From the NCBI GenBank assembly GCA_030432435.1, contig JAUIGX010000001.1, positions 3,014 through 67,013 on the forward strand: DNA of 64,000 bases, written 5' to 3'. Source of the stretch: Alphaproteobacteria bacterium. GTDB lineage: Bacteria; Pseudomonadota; Alphaproteobacteria; Rhodospirillales; Rhodospirillaceae. The notes under the pieces are model-generated. The model ran no database searches. It was not told where the DNA came from and saw only the letters and a program-made list of their open reading frames with translations. Below, in pieces: positions 1-9,225 of this stretch. The position numbers and the translations under genes are program-made. Within the stretch, counting starts at the first letter, position 1; each line of letters starts with the position of its first letter.

Positions 1-56
1 GGCGAATGTATCCCGTTTGAGGCCGGCCGCCCACTGGCCCAAGCGCGCACGCCTGT

Positions 57-239
57 TCACGATTTAAAAAATGACTCCGCCCCAGCGCGCGCCTTGGTTT
101 TTTTAGTAATCGCCTCTTCCGCGCGTACGATTTCGGCTTTCAGTTCTGTTATATATTCGCCGAGCCCCTCAATAGACATCCGGCTGAGGTCTTTTGCCTG
201 GGGCTTCTTTTTGATCGGTTCAAAATCATCCGTATCCAT
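57..239 (-). CDS. DUF1192-family small coiled-coil protein (60 aa)
   Basis: Complete ORF. The heptad-like core (LSRMSIEGLGEYITELKAEIVRAEEAI) and C-terminal A..FF tail match my recollection of the alphaproteobacterial DUF1192 family. Confidence 0.65.
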   Translation of the reverse strand: MDTDDFEPIKKKPQAKDLSRMSIEGLGEYITELKAEIVRAEEAITKKTKARAGAESFFKS

Positions 240-349
240 TTTTCATGCTTCCTCATCCGGTGGACGATAAGACATCGACACCATATAAACTTAGACCAAC
301 ACCTTCAAACAGTCAGCCGGTCAACCAATAAGCCGGTGGAGTTTCTAAC

Positions 350-1360
350 GTGACGAAACCGACGCTTCCCGCGCGTATGCGCTGTATCGAAATCAGCGAG
401 CCTGGCGGACCCGAAAAGCTCGTGCTTGGCGAACGCGCGTTGCCCTTACCTGCCGCCGGTGAAGTTTTAATCGCGGTGAAGGCGGCCGGAGTTAATCGGC
501 CGGACGTTATTCAGCGCCTAGGACGTTATCCGGCGCCGCCCGGCGCATCAGATATACCGGGGCTTGAAGTTGCAGGCACCGTTGTCGCCAGCGGCGAAGG
601 TGTTACGACACCCATCGTCGGCGACAATGTATGTGCGCTGATTTCAGGTGGCGGATACGCCGAATACGTCACGGCCCCCGCACTCACCTGCTTGCCCGTG
701 CCTAAATCTTTGAGCATGACTGAAGCGGCCGCCGTGCCGGAAACCTTCTTTACAGTTTGGCACAACGTGTTCGAGCGCGGCGCGTTAAAAGACGGGGAGT
801 CTTTTTTGGTGCACGGTGGAAGCAGCGGTATCGGCACAACCGCTATCCAGCTGGCGAAAGCATTCGGTGCGTTCGTGGTTGCCACCGCAGGCAGTGATGA
901 GAAGTGTGAGGCATGCCGAAATCTGGGCGCTGATCTTGTCATCAACTACACCTCCACAGACTTTGCTGAAGAAATTCGGAACCGACTTCCCGGCAAGGGC
1001 GTGGATGTCATACTCGATATGGTCGGCGGCGATTACTTGGCGCGGAATATCCGCTGTTTGAACGCCGATGGCCGCCTGGTGAACATTGCGTTCTTGCAAG
1101 GCTCAAAAGCCGAAGTCGACTTCATGCCGATGATGCTGAAACGACTTACCCTGACCGGGTCGACTCTGCGGCCCCGAGACATTGCCTTTAAGGGCGCCAT
1201 CGCCGCAGCCCTTAAATCTCAGGTCTGGCCCCTCATAGAAACGGGCACCATTAGGCCGGTCATGGATTCCGTTCTACCACTCGACGAGGCCTCCGAGGCC
1301 CATCGGCGCATGGAAAGCAGCAGGCATATTGGCAAAATCGTCCTGAAAACCGGCCTCTAA
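350..1360 (+). CDS. NAD(P)H:quinone oxidoreductase, zeta-crystallin/PIG3-type medium-chain dehydrogenase
   Basis: 336-aa ORF with a GTG start. GroES-like N-terminus (GEVLIAVKAAGVNRPD), Rossmann motif VHGGSSGIGTTAIQLAK, C-terminal HIGKIVL. Confidence 0.85.
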   Translation: MTKPTLPARMRCIEISEPGGPEKLVLGERALPLPAAGEVLIAVKAAGVNRPDVIQRLGRYPAPPGASDIPGLEVAGTVVASGEGVTTPIVGDNVCALISGGGYAEYVTAPALTCLPVPKSLSMTEAAAVPETFFTVWHNVFERGALKDGESFLVHGGSSGIGTTAIQLAKAFGAFVVATAGSDEKCEACRNLGADLVINYTSTDFAEEIRNRLPGKGVDVILDMVGGDYLARNIRCLNADGRLVNIAFLQGSKAEVDFMPMMLKRLTLTGSTLRPRDIAFKGAIAAALKSQVWPLIETGTIRPVMDSVLPLDEASEAHRRMESSRHIGKIVLKTGL

Positions 1361-1545
1361 ACGAGGAAAAGGTATAGTTTTTTCAATCCGTTGCCCCTAT
1401 TCTACGGGAACGGTTTGACCCCGTTGTGATAAACCCGATATATACCGGCGAAATCGACTATTCAGGCCCGGTCGCTTTTTTCTAGGCGCCGGCCTTTTGC
1501 GTGGTGGCTTCGCCGCCTTCGCGCACACATCCGAAAGGGAAGACT

Positions 1546-2214
1546 ATGGCATCACAGCCTCTTATGCCGAAGGCCACGGCCGTATGGTTGGTTGAGAATA
1601 CGGCTCTGTCGTTTGAACAGATTGCCGACTTCACAGGCATGCACGAGTTAGAGGTGCAAGCGATCGCGGACGGTGAAGTCGCCGTAGGCATCGTTGGCGT
1701 CAACCCGATCACCAATAATCAACTGACTCAGGCAGAGTTGGACCGTTGCCAGAACGACCCAAAGGCAAGACTAAGAATCAGCAAGTCTGACATGCCTATC
1801 CCGCAAGCTCGTTCCAAAGGCGCGCGCTACACCCCGGTGTCAAAACGGCAGGAACGCCCGGACGCCATCGCGTGGCTTCTGAAGAATCTTCCTGATCTCA
1901 CCGACGCGCAGTTGTGCCGGTTGATCGGCACGACGAAACCGACAATCAGCAGTGTGCGCGACCGCACGCACTGGAACGCCCCGAATATCAAACCACAGAA
2001 CCCTGTCATTCTTGGACTGTGCACTGAGGCGGAACTTGAGAAAATGGCTCTAACAGCGCAGCGCCGTGCCGAACGCGCCGCCAAAGCGGCCGCCAAGGAC
2101 GCTGCGAAGAAACAAAAAGAGAGCCCGCAAGCGGAGCCGGAAGCCGAAAGTGCGCCTACTGCACAGGTTCCCGCCGAGAATGGTGACGCCCCCTCTGACG
2201 ACACCAACGGCTAA
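1546..2214 (+). CDS. DUF1013-family protein (some databases name this family as a cell-cycle transcriptional regulator)
   Basis: ATG at 1546 lies inside the longer ORF 1501..2214. The conserved N-terminus (MPKATAVWLVENTALSFEQIADFTGMHELEVQAIADGEV) is typical of DUF1013. The tail is Ala/Lys/Glu/Pro low-complexity. Confidence 0.75.
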   Translation: MASQPLMPKATAVWLVENTALSFEQIADFTGMHELEVQAIADGEVAVGIVGVNPITNNQLTQAELDRCQNDPKARLRISKSDMPIPQARSKGARYTPVSKRQERPDAIAWLLKNLPDLTDAQLCRLIGTTKPTISSVRDRTHWNAPNIKPQNPVILGLCTEAELEKMALTAQRRAERAAKAAAKDAAKKQKESPQAEPEAESAPTAQVPAENGDAPSDDTNG

Positions 2215-2235
2215 TCCTAGCTTCGGACCGGCGAT

Positions 2236-2270
2236 AAAAAAAAAGGCCCACCCGGCGATGGGCCTTTAAT
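2236..2270. terminator. Hairpin terminator between convergent genes (best T-run on the minus strand)
   Basis: AAAGGCCCA-cccggcga-TGGGCCTTT at 2242..2267, preceded by an A-run. On the minus strand this is a 9-bp stem followed by TTTTTTTTT. It lies between the DUF1013 stop (2214) and the DUF465 stop (2365). Confidence 0.6.
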
Positions 2271-2364
2271 ATCTTAGGGATCCTACCCCGGTCCGGTCCG
2301 GAAACGGCGAGTCTCCGTTTTTTGCTCCGGCGGATCGGAAAAAGCGGCTGAAGTACCTTAGGTG

Positions 2365-2532
2365 CTAACTAACAGCTACCCGCTGCAGCTCGTCCTTAAT
2401 CTTCAGCTTCTTCCTTTTGAGTTCGTGAACGCGTCGAAAATCCGGGAATGGTCGTCGCTCTTCTTCGAATAGTACGGTTTCAAGTTCGTCGTGCTTACTA
2501 CGTAAAGACTCATTCCTCGCATCCTGACCCAT
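2365..2532 (-). CDS. DUF465 (YdcH-like) small protein, 55 aa; absent from the ORF track (<60 aa)
   Basis: Hand translation of the minus strand gives MGQDARNESLRSKHDELETVLFEEERRPFPDFRRVHELKRKKLKIKDELQRVAVS*. The length is 168 nt, in frame, with ATG at 2532 and TAG at 2365..2367. The RxKKxKLxLKDEL signature is shared with the neighbouring DUF465 ORF. Confidence 0.6.
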   Translation of the reverse strand: MGQDARNESLRSKHDELETVLFEEERRPFPDFRRVHELKRKKLKIKDELQRVAVS

Positions 2533-2883
2533 GGATTTCCTCCGGATAGTGATTCAAGAACACCTAAGTGTACATCCACCGGCGGCCTTTGTTCCAGACC
2601 CGTCTTAACCCTTTGTGTTGCCTATATTTTATGTTGGTGTACGGTCATTGCATGACACTCTGCCGCTCCTCGGTTAAGCCTCTACTACCTGCAAAAATAC
2701 GGAGTCGAATGAATTTGCGGCCCCAGAGGGGACCATGCCCTGTTCGACTCGAAGAGTATCGGCGGTGTAAAATTGCGAGACAGGTTCGAAACACCGCTTG
2801 CTCGCTCAATGTTTTAAAATTTCTCGAAACTGAAGGGGCTGCGGTTAATATCGGCCCGACAACAACAGGATGCACGGACATCA

Positions 2884-3087
2884 ATGTCTGAAAATCAGGA
2901 CCAGCTAAAAGCCAAGCTTGCTGAATTGGAGTTGGAGCACCGCGACCTGGACGATGTCATTAATACTTTGATCGAGAAAAGCGATTTCGATCAGATAAAA
3001 GTTTCGCGCTTAAAAAAGCGTAAGCTGGCGCTGAAAGATCAAATCTCTTCCCTGCAAGATCGCTTGATCCCCGACATTATAGCCTAA
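2884..3087 (+). CDS. DUF465 (YdcH-like) small protein, 67 aa
   Basis: Complete ORF. It carries the LELEHRDLDD...RLKKRKLALKDQI pattern typical of DUF465. Confidence 0.7.
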   Translation: MSENQDQLKAKLAELELEHRDLDDVINTLIEKSDFDQIKVSRLKKRKLALKDQISSLQDRLIPDIIA

Positions 3088-3112
3088 AGACCTCCCCTAG
3101 GGATGCGGCAGT

Positions 3113-3961
3113 TCAGTTTGCGCGCATTAGATGGTCGGCCCGGCCCAGCGCGAGCAGCGGGCTTTCTCCTACACCGCTGACGGACGCTGCGACCTGCACC
3201 TCGAGCGCCATATCAACGCCCCCAACATGGAAGCCCGACGCGCAAATATGGTCGCGCACCCTTCGCGCGATCATCGTTGTGTCCAAGGGCCCGTTTGGCA
3301 GCGCGGCTAGTCCGGCCACGGTAGCCCCGCCAGCGTACCCCGCCACCGTCAGAGGAACGGGCGTAGCGCCGGACGCGGATGCCGCCGAACTTCCCGCAGG
3401 CTCCACCGCTGCGGACGGCCCCTGATTTAAGTCTCCAATCTGAACCTGCGCAAACCGATGCCCGACATCATCAAGCGCTCCGTTTGCCGCCAGGAGGCCT
3501 GAACTTCGGCGCAAGAGCTCGTAAGTTTTAAGATGAACCAGGATAACGACCCACGAGGCCCCGTCGCCGGGCGCCCCGGCAAGTGTCGTCCCGAGCACTC
3601 CGACAAAGGAACTGTAATCTAAGAGATCAACGGCGCCGCCGCCTTGCGCGCGCGCGATAGATTGCTTGCCAGAGGCGCCTCTGCGGGCCCCTCGCTCGTG
3701 TCGCGACAGCGCATTCCGCAAATAGTTATTTTCCGACACCAAACTCGCAAGAGCGGCATGCGTTGCAGATGTGATCCGTTCTATGGGGATGCCAAGAATT
3801 GTGATGCTGTCGTCGGCCGGAAGGGCGCGAGCGGCCTCCTCATAGGTCTCCGCAACCTTTTTAGGCGGCTGATCGCCAGCCCCCTTGCCGTCTCCGGGTG
3901 CGCGACCATCGAGGCGCTCTTGCACCAGCATGACAGCTTCAGGTTTCTTGATATCCGACAT
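3113..3961 (-). CDS. Hypothetical protein with a degenerate GGDEF-like C-terminal region
   Basis: 282-aa reading frame from ATG 3961 (the ORF-track start 3973 is also possible). By eye the C-terminal ~170 aa follow GGDEF topology: VVILVHLKTYELL...DDVGHRF, then GYAGGATVAGLA where RxGGDEF would sit, then VAASVSGV and LGRADHLM. The signature residues are absent. The function call is weak. Confidence 0.5.
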   Translation of the reverse strand: MSDIKKPEAVMLVQERLDGRAPGDGKGAGDQPPKKVAETYEEAARALPADDSITILGIPIERITSATHAALASLVSENNYLRNALSRHERGARRGASGKQSIARAQGGGAVDLLDYSSFVGVLGTTLAGAPGDGASWVVILVHLKTYELLRRSSGLLAANGALDDVGHRFAQVQIGDLNQGPSAAVEPAGSSAASASGATPVPLTVAGYAGGATVAGLAALPNGPLDTTMIARRVRDHICASGFHVGGVDMALEVQVAASVSGVGESPLLALGRADHLMRAN

Positions 3962-4189
3962 GAGTAAACCCAATTCCTGACCGTTCGCCGCGTGAAGGGT
4001 TCGGCATGGACAGATCTTTCAACTTCGGATTTTATCACCCAAGGCTTTGCAAAACCTTACCAGCCAGAAACCCTCAAATTGAGGAAAAACCGCAAAAATG
4101 CTGGAAAAATGCGGGTTTGAGGTTGCTTGCTGGCCTCGTCCCCCTCGTTTAAAGTCGCCCCCTTTCGCGCAGGGCTGGGGATTACAAAA

Positions 4190-4723
4190 ATGGCCGGGGC
4201 ACCGAAAGGCAAAGCTAAAAAAAAGGCGGCACCAAAACGCGTTCAAACGCCTTTGGTCGGCCTGATTATGGGCAGCAAATCAGACTGGGACACCATGCGT
4301 CATGCCGCCGATATCCTGGCGGAATTGAAGGTTCCCTGCGAAACCAAGGTCGTATCTGCCCACCGCACGCCAAAACGGCTTTATGAGTACGCGGGCAGCG
4401 CCGAAGAGCGCGGTCTGAAAGTGATCATCGCCGGCGCCGGTGGCGCGGCTCATTTGCCCGGCATGGCCGCCTCGATGACACCGCTTCCTGTTCTTGGCGT
4501 ACCGGTGGAAAGCAAAGCGCTTAAAGGGTTAGATAGCCTGCTTTCTATTGCGCAAATGCCGGCCGGTGTTCCTGTGGGGACGCTGGCTATCGGCAAGGCC
4601 GGCGCAAAGAACGCCGCTCTTCTTGCCGCCTCTATCGTCGCCCTGTCGGACACCGGCATTGCCACGCGCCTGAAGGCCTGGCGCAAGCGGCAAACCGCCA
4701 GCGTCGGCATTAGCCCCAAGTAA
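4190..4723 (+). CDS. purE: N5-carboxyaminoimidazole ribonucleotide mutase (class I PurE)
   Basis: Motifs [20 protein letters not shown] and [13 protein letters not shown]. It is followed directly by purK. ATG 4190 was chosen inside ORF 4127..4723. Confidence 0.95.
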   Translation: MAGAPKGKAKKKAAPKRVQTPLVGLIMGSKSDWDTMRHAADILAELKVPCETKVVSAHRTPKRLYEYAGSAEERGLKVIIAGAGGAAHLPGMAASMTPLPVLGVPVESKALKGLDSLLSIAQMPAGVPVGTLAIGKAGAKNAALLAASIVALSDTGIATRLKAWRKRQTASVGISPK

Positions 4724-4749
4724 TTTACTCTCGATAAAGATTGACCGAC

Positions 4750-5850
4750 ATGTCCCGCCTCCCACCCGGCGCTACCCTTGGAATCCTCGGCAACGGCCAA
4801 CTTGGCCGGATGCTGTGCCTGGCTGCCGCGCCACTGGGATTTCGCACTCATGTTTACGGGCCTGACAAGAACAGCCCGGCGGAGCTGGTGGCGACATCCT
4901 CGACCGTCGCGCCCTATGACGATGAAGCCGCTCTCGCCGCCTTCGCCCGGGCGGTTGATGTTGTGACTTTTGAATTTGAGAATGTGCCCGCGCATGCCGC
5001 AGCATTCCTTTCGGCGCGCACGCAGGTGCGCCCCACATACAAGGCCCTGGAAGTCGCCCAAGACCGGGCTCAGGAAAAGGCGTTTTTTGCCAAGATCGGC
5101 GCCAAAACGGCGGATTGGCGGCCCGTGAACTCGGAACCCGATTTGAAGGCGGCGCTGGAAGACATCTCGGGTCCAGCGATCCTGAAAACCTCGCGGCTGG
5201 GCTACGACGGAAAGGGCCAGGTCAAAATCAAGTCCGCGGCGGAGGCCGGCTCCGCGTGGCAAGCGCTCACCGGCGGCCAGACTACCCACTCAAACGGCGC
5301 ATTTGCAGTGCTGGAAGGCTTTGTCGACTTCAGCTGTGAGATTTCGGTGATTGCTGCGCGGGACGTGAGCGGCGCGCTGATGTGCTATGAGCCCGCCGAG
5401 AACGTCCATGCCAATCACATGCTGGCAACCTCCACCGTTCCCGCGCGCCTAGATCCAAAAATCGCCGCAGAAGCGGAAAGCATAGCCAAGCGTGCCATTG
5501 AGGCTCTGGATATCGTCGGCCTGCTCGCGGTGGAAATGTTTGTGACCAGATCCGGTGATATTCTGTGCAACGAGATGGCCCCTCGCCCACATAACTCGGG
5601 CCATTGGACGATGGACGCGTGCGGAACCGATCAGTTTCAGCAGTTGGTCAGGGCCGTCACCGGCCTACCCCTGGTGGACCCCGCCCGGCATTCGGATGCG
5701 AGAATGATCAACCTTGTCGGGGACGATGTGGAGCGGCTCGACAGCTACCTCGCCGACCCCGCAGCGCATCTGCACCTGTACGGGAAAACCGAAGCGCGGC
5801 CAGGCCGTAAAATGGGCCACGTCAATATACTCTCGCCCAGATCAGGCTGA
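4750..5850 (+). CDS. purK: N5-carboxyaminoimidazole ribonucleotide synthase
   Basis: ATP-grasp protein with N-terminal GILGNGQLGRML and C-terminal GRKMGH. It sits next to purE. An alternative TTG start lies at 4741. Confidence 0.95.
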   Translation: MSRLPPGATLGILGNGQLGRMLCLAAAPLGFRTHVYGPDKNSPAELVATSSTVAPYDDEAALAAFARAVDVVTFEFENVPAHAAAFLSARTQVRPTYKALEVAQDRAQEKAFFAKIGAKTADWRPVNSEPDLKAALEDISGPAILKTSRLGYDGKGQVKIKSAAEAGSAWQALTGGQTTHSNGAFAVLEGFVDFSCEISVIAARDVSGALMCYEPAENVHANHMLATSTVPARLDPKIAAEAESIAKRAIEALDIVGLLAVEMFVTRSGDILCNEMAPRPHNSGHWTMDACGTDQFQQLVRAVTGLPLVDPARHSDARMINLVGDDVERLDSYLADPAAHLHLYGKTEARPGRKMGHVNILSPRSG

Positions 5851-5890
5851 CCGTTAGCCCCGAGGCGAGCTTCATGGGGAAACTAAATTC

Positions 5891-7090
5891 ATGCCGGGCC
5901 CACTTCACGGCGTTCGCATACTGGAAATCACTAACATCTTGCTAGGTCCACTAGCCGGTCAGCTTCTGGCGGACATGGGCGCGGACGTAATCAAGGTAGA
6001 GCCGCCAACCGGCGACGGTCTACGTACCATCGGCGCCAGCCGCAACACGCCGAACATGGCCGCTCTTTTCCTCACCTGTAATCGTAATAAACGCAGCCTT
6101 ATCCTTGATTTAAAACAAAATAATGCTCGAGAGGCTTTGTTAAAGTTAGCTGTGAACTCGGACGTCGTGCTTCACAACTACCGTCCCCAGGCGATGCGCA
6201 AACTTGGCCTGGACTACGCGGCCTTCAAGGAGGTGAACCCCGATCTGATCTACGCCGGCGCACACGGATACGGGCGCAAGGGTCGCTATGGTGACAAAGG
6301 CGCCCTCGACGATGCCATTCAAGCCGCGAGCGGCATTGCGGCTTTAAACATACCCGCCCTTGGCGAGCCCCGCTGCGTACCGCTGGCGATGGCCGACCAG
6401 AACTCGGCACTGACGTTAGTCTACGGGGTGCTTGGCGCCCTCTTCCACCGCGAGCGCACCGGGCAAGGCCAGGAGCTTGAGGTGCCGATGTTCGAGACAA
6501 TGACTCATTATTCGATGCTTTTGAATTTGTGGGGAAAGACGTTTGAGCCGGCCATCGGCACCACCGACTACCCGGCGATGACCAGCAAAAGCCGGAAACC
6601 CTGCGCCACCAAGGACGGCTACGCGGTGGTAATCACCTATGTGGACCCGCACTGGGAGGTGTTTGCGCGCAAATCGGGCCACCCCGAATTGATCGACGAT
6701 CCCCGCTTTAAGACCCAGAACCTGCGCGTCCAGAACATGGACGCCACCTATGAGATGACGGCCCGGGTTATCGCCGAGCGCACCACCCAGGAGTGGTTGG
6801 ATATATTTCAGGACACCAGTGTACCGGTGACCCCGGTCAACTCGCTGGATGATCTTATCGAAGACCCCCACCTAGACGATGTCGGGTTCTGGAAGCTGAT
6901 GGACCACCCGACCGAAGGCACTCTTCGCATGGCCGCTTTTCCAGTAAACTACGAGGAAACACCGGCGGAGATCAGACGGCTGGCCCCGAACCTAGGCGAA
7001 CACAGCGCTGAAATTTTGAAGGAGGCCGGGTACAGCGAGGCGGAAATTGAGGGACTGGTGGAAACAGGGGCAACCGTCAAGGTGGCTTGA
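5891..7090 (+). CDS. Family III (CaiB/BaiF-type) CoA-transferase, paralog 1
   Basis: N-terminus MPGPLHGVRILE...GP.A...LADMGADVIKVEPP. The presumed nucleophile context is AMADQNSAL...RERTGQGQELEV. It resembles the two ORFs at 20680..23131 closely by eye. Confidence 0.9.
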   Translation: MPGPLHGVRILEITNILLGPLAGQLLADMGADVIKVEPPTGDGLRTIGASRNTPNMAALFLTCNRNKRSLILDLKQNNAREALLKLAVNSDVVLHNYRPQAMRKLGLDYAAFKEVNPDLIYAGAHGYGRKGRYGDKGALDDAIQAASGIAALNIPALGEPRCVPLAMADQNSALTLVYGVLGALFHRERTGQGQELEVPMFETMTHYSMLLNLWGKTFEPAIGTTDYPAMTSKSRKPCATKDGYAVVITYVDPHWEVFARKSGHPELIDDPRFKTQNLRVQNMDATYEMTARVIAERTTQEWLDIFQDTSVPVTPVNSLDDLIEDPHLDDVGFWKLMDHPTEGTLRMAAFPVNYEETPAEIRRLAPNLGEHSAEILKEAGYSEAEIEGLVETGATVKVA

Positions 7091-7288
7091 CCGGTTGCAT
7101 TCGAACCCTCGCCCTGTCCGCGTGGCGACGAGGAGCCAAGGCCGGCTACGAGTGATGAAGAAGCCAGCTATTGGAAGGTCTTAACACCTTTGGGCAGGCG
7201 CCCTTGAACCTCCCGGATAGATTTATGCGTGCCATGAGGTCAAACGCGCGAACTCTTTGAGGTTCCGAATGGCGCGCAAGCACCGCAC

Positions 7289-7765
7289 TTAAACCGGAAT
7301 TGTACTCCCTGCCTTCACCCGGTCCATGGTCACAAAAGTGCGGAAACGGCGCACGTTATTGTCTGCAAAGAACATCTTCCGGGTAAATGCCTCGTAATCG
7401 GCCATCGTCGGAACAGTGAGAACGATCACGAAATCGGCCTCGCCCGTAACGTAATAACACTGCTGTACCTCCGGCGCATTGGCCAGACGGCGCTTCATTG
7501 CATCTATGAGAGCAGACTTCTCACTTTCGAGTTCTACCTCAACAAATATCGTCAAGGGGCGCCCGACCTTGGCCGGATCAAGCATGGCAACGTTGGCGAC
7601 AATGACGCCGGCAGCCTCCATCCGCCGAATGCGCCGCTGTACGGTCGGTGCCGATAGATTGACTGCTGCACCAATCGCGCGATGCGGCATTGAATTGTCG
7701 CGCTGAAGAATCTCCAGAATGGCGCGATCGAAACTGTCGAGTACAAGATGAGAAGTGTCAGCCAT
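7289..7765 (-). CDS. Lrp/AsnC-family transcriptional regulator
   Basis: 158 aa. HTH region LDSFDRAILEILQRDNSMPHRAIGAAVNLSAPTVQRRIRRME followed by a RAM/ACT-like C-terminal domain. It is divergent from the ammonia-lyase gene. Confidence 0.9.
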   Translation of the reverse strand: MADTSHLVLDSFDRAILEILQRDNSMPHRAIGAAVNLSAPTVQRRIRRMEAAGVIVANVAMLDPAKVGRPLTIFVEVELESEKSALIDAMKRRLANAPEVQQCYYVTGEADFVIVLTVPTMADYEAFTRKMFFADNNVRRFRTFVTMDRVKAGSTIPV

Positions 7766-7864
7766 CCCAGAGCCTCTTATGCAACAAACTTGCAGCAGCT
7801 GTGTCCATATAGAGCAATTTCATCGCATTGAATTAACTATAGTGACGTTGAAAGGTCAGGCAGC

Positions 7865-9046
7865 ATGTTTCTTCTCAATGTTCATGAAACTCATAGACAT
7901 CCACTCGATGCCCGCGACGCCGCAAAATTGGACGGAGCCGCGGCCGCTGATGTCGCCCAATATCTAGCAAACCGCCCAGACTACAAACGTACCCCACTTC
8001 ACGCCCTCCATTCGCTGGCGCATGAACTCAACGTCGCCGAGATCTTCGTAAAGGACGAAGGGCCGCGGTTTGGCTTAGGCAGCTTCAAGGCGCTGGGAGG
8101 AGCATACGCTGTGGCGCGAGTTGTTCTGGCCGAAGCCAGCCGCATCCTCAAAAGGGAGCTTGGCTACTCGGACATGTTGTCCGCCGACGTGAGGAGTGTC
8201 GCCGAAACACTCACCGTCTGTTGTGCAACAGCGGGAAATCACGGGCGCTCGGTGGCCCAAGGCGCGAAATTGATCGGCGCGCGCTGTACGATTTTTGTTC
8301 ATTCCGGCGTGAGTTCCGAACGCGCCGCTGCAATCGCACGGTTCGGCGCAGACGTTGTCCGCGTTGAAGGCAACTATGATGCGAGTGTCGCTGAATCTGA
8401 TCGCGTAAGCAGACAACAAGGCTGGATTACCGTCTCCGACACTTCGTGGCCTGGCTACGAGGAAATTCCTGGCATCGTCATGCAAGGTTATACCGCGCTG
8501 GTTTCGGAGACGCTTCAGGCGTTGCAAGAGCCGCCAACACACGTATTCATCCAAGCGGGGGTTGGCGGTTTAGCGGGAGCCGTCGCGGGACACCTTGCAC
8601 TTATCTATGGCGAACGGAGGCCGACATTCATTGTCGTCGAGCCGGACCGAGCCGCCTGCCTACTAGAAACAGCACGCGCCGGGCATCTCGTGACTATCAA
8701 TCCCGGCGAACCAACGGTAATGGCTATGCTCGAATGCTATACGCCCTCTGCACTTGCCTGGCGTGTTCTAGCGCGTGCCGCAGATGCCTTCATAAGTGTT
8801 GAGGAGTCTGATGCGGTGTCGGCTATGAATCGTCTCGCCCGTCCTACGGGCAGCGATACTTCCATCGTTTCCGGCGAGAGCGGAGGTGTTGGCCTAGCCG
8901 GTCTCATCAGAGTCGCCCGCGACAAAAATGCGCGCTCCGCGATTGGCCTAGACTCAACCGCCCGCGTGTTGGTCGTGAACACCGAAGGCGCTACCGACCC
9001 TGCACACTACCGCACATTAACACGCATCGAGGCCCCCGAGGCTTGA
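7865..9046 (+). CDS. dpaL: Diaminopropionate ammonia-lyase-like PLP enzyme (fold-type II)
   Basis: Motifs RTPLHAL, KDEGPRFGLGSFKALGG (PLP lysine context) and TAGNHGRSVA. Its length and N-terminal layout resemble E. coli YgeX as I remember it. Confidence 0.75.
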   Translation: MFLLNVHETHRHPLDARDAAKLDGAAAADVAQYLANRPDYKRTPLHALHSLAHELNVAEIFVKDEGPRFGLGSFKALGGAYAVARVVLAEASRILKRELGYSDMLSADVRSVAETLTVCCATAGNHGRSVAQGAKLIGARCTIFVHSGVSSERAAAIARFGADVVRVEGNYDASVAESDRVSRQQGWITVSDTSWPGYEEIPGIVMQGYTALVSETLQALQEPPTHVFIQAGVGGLAGAVAGHLALIYGERRPTFIVVEPDRAACLLETARAGHLVTINPGEPTVMAMLECYTPSALAWRVLARAADAFISVEESDAVSAMNRLARPTGSDTSIVSGESGGVGLAGLIRVARDKNARSAIGLDSTARVLVVNTEGATDPAHYRTLTRIEAPEA

Positions 9047-9225
9047 ACTCCTGTGGGCCTAATACGGGTAAAACCGAGGGCCAACGAGATCGCACCAAGC
9101 GCTCGCAATTTTCCTAGTCGGTTTGGCTGTTACACCTGACGACGCCGAAGCAATGGACGCGACCTGCGTAATCATCGGCATAGGCAACGTCGCGCCACCG
9201 CCAAGACACCAAAACGAGAGTCGAA

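Noticed and set aside
4450-5289. 279-aa ORF on the minus strand opposite purE/purK. Similar long antisense ORFs occur at 32771..33481 opposite pntAA, 43201..43716 opposite pyk, 63129..63710 opposite pckG, 62571..63107, and 16743..17279 opposite the TonB receptor.
   Set aside because: All lie antisense to genes with unmistakable conserved motifs. Their products are Arg/Pro/Gly/Ala-rich with no recognisable motif, as expected for stop-codon-poor shadow frames in GC-rich DNA.
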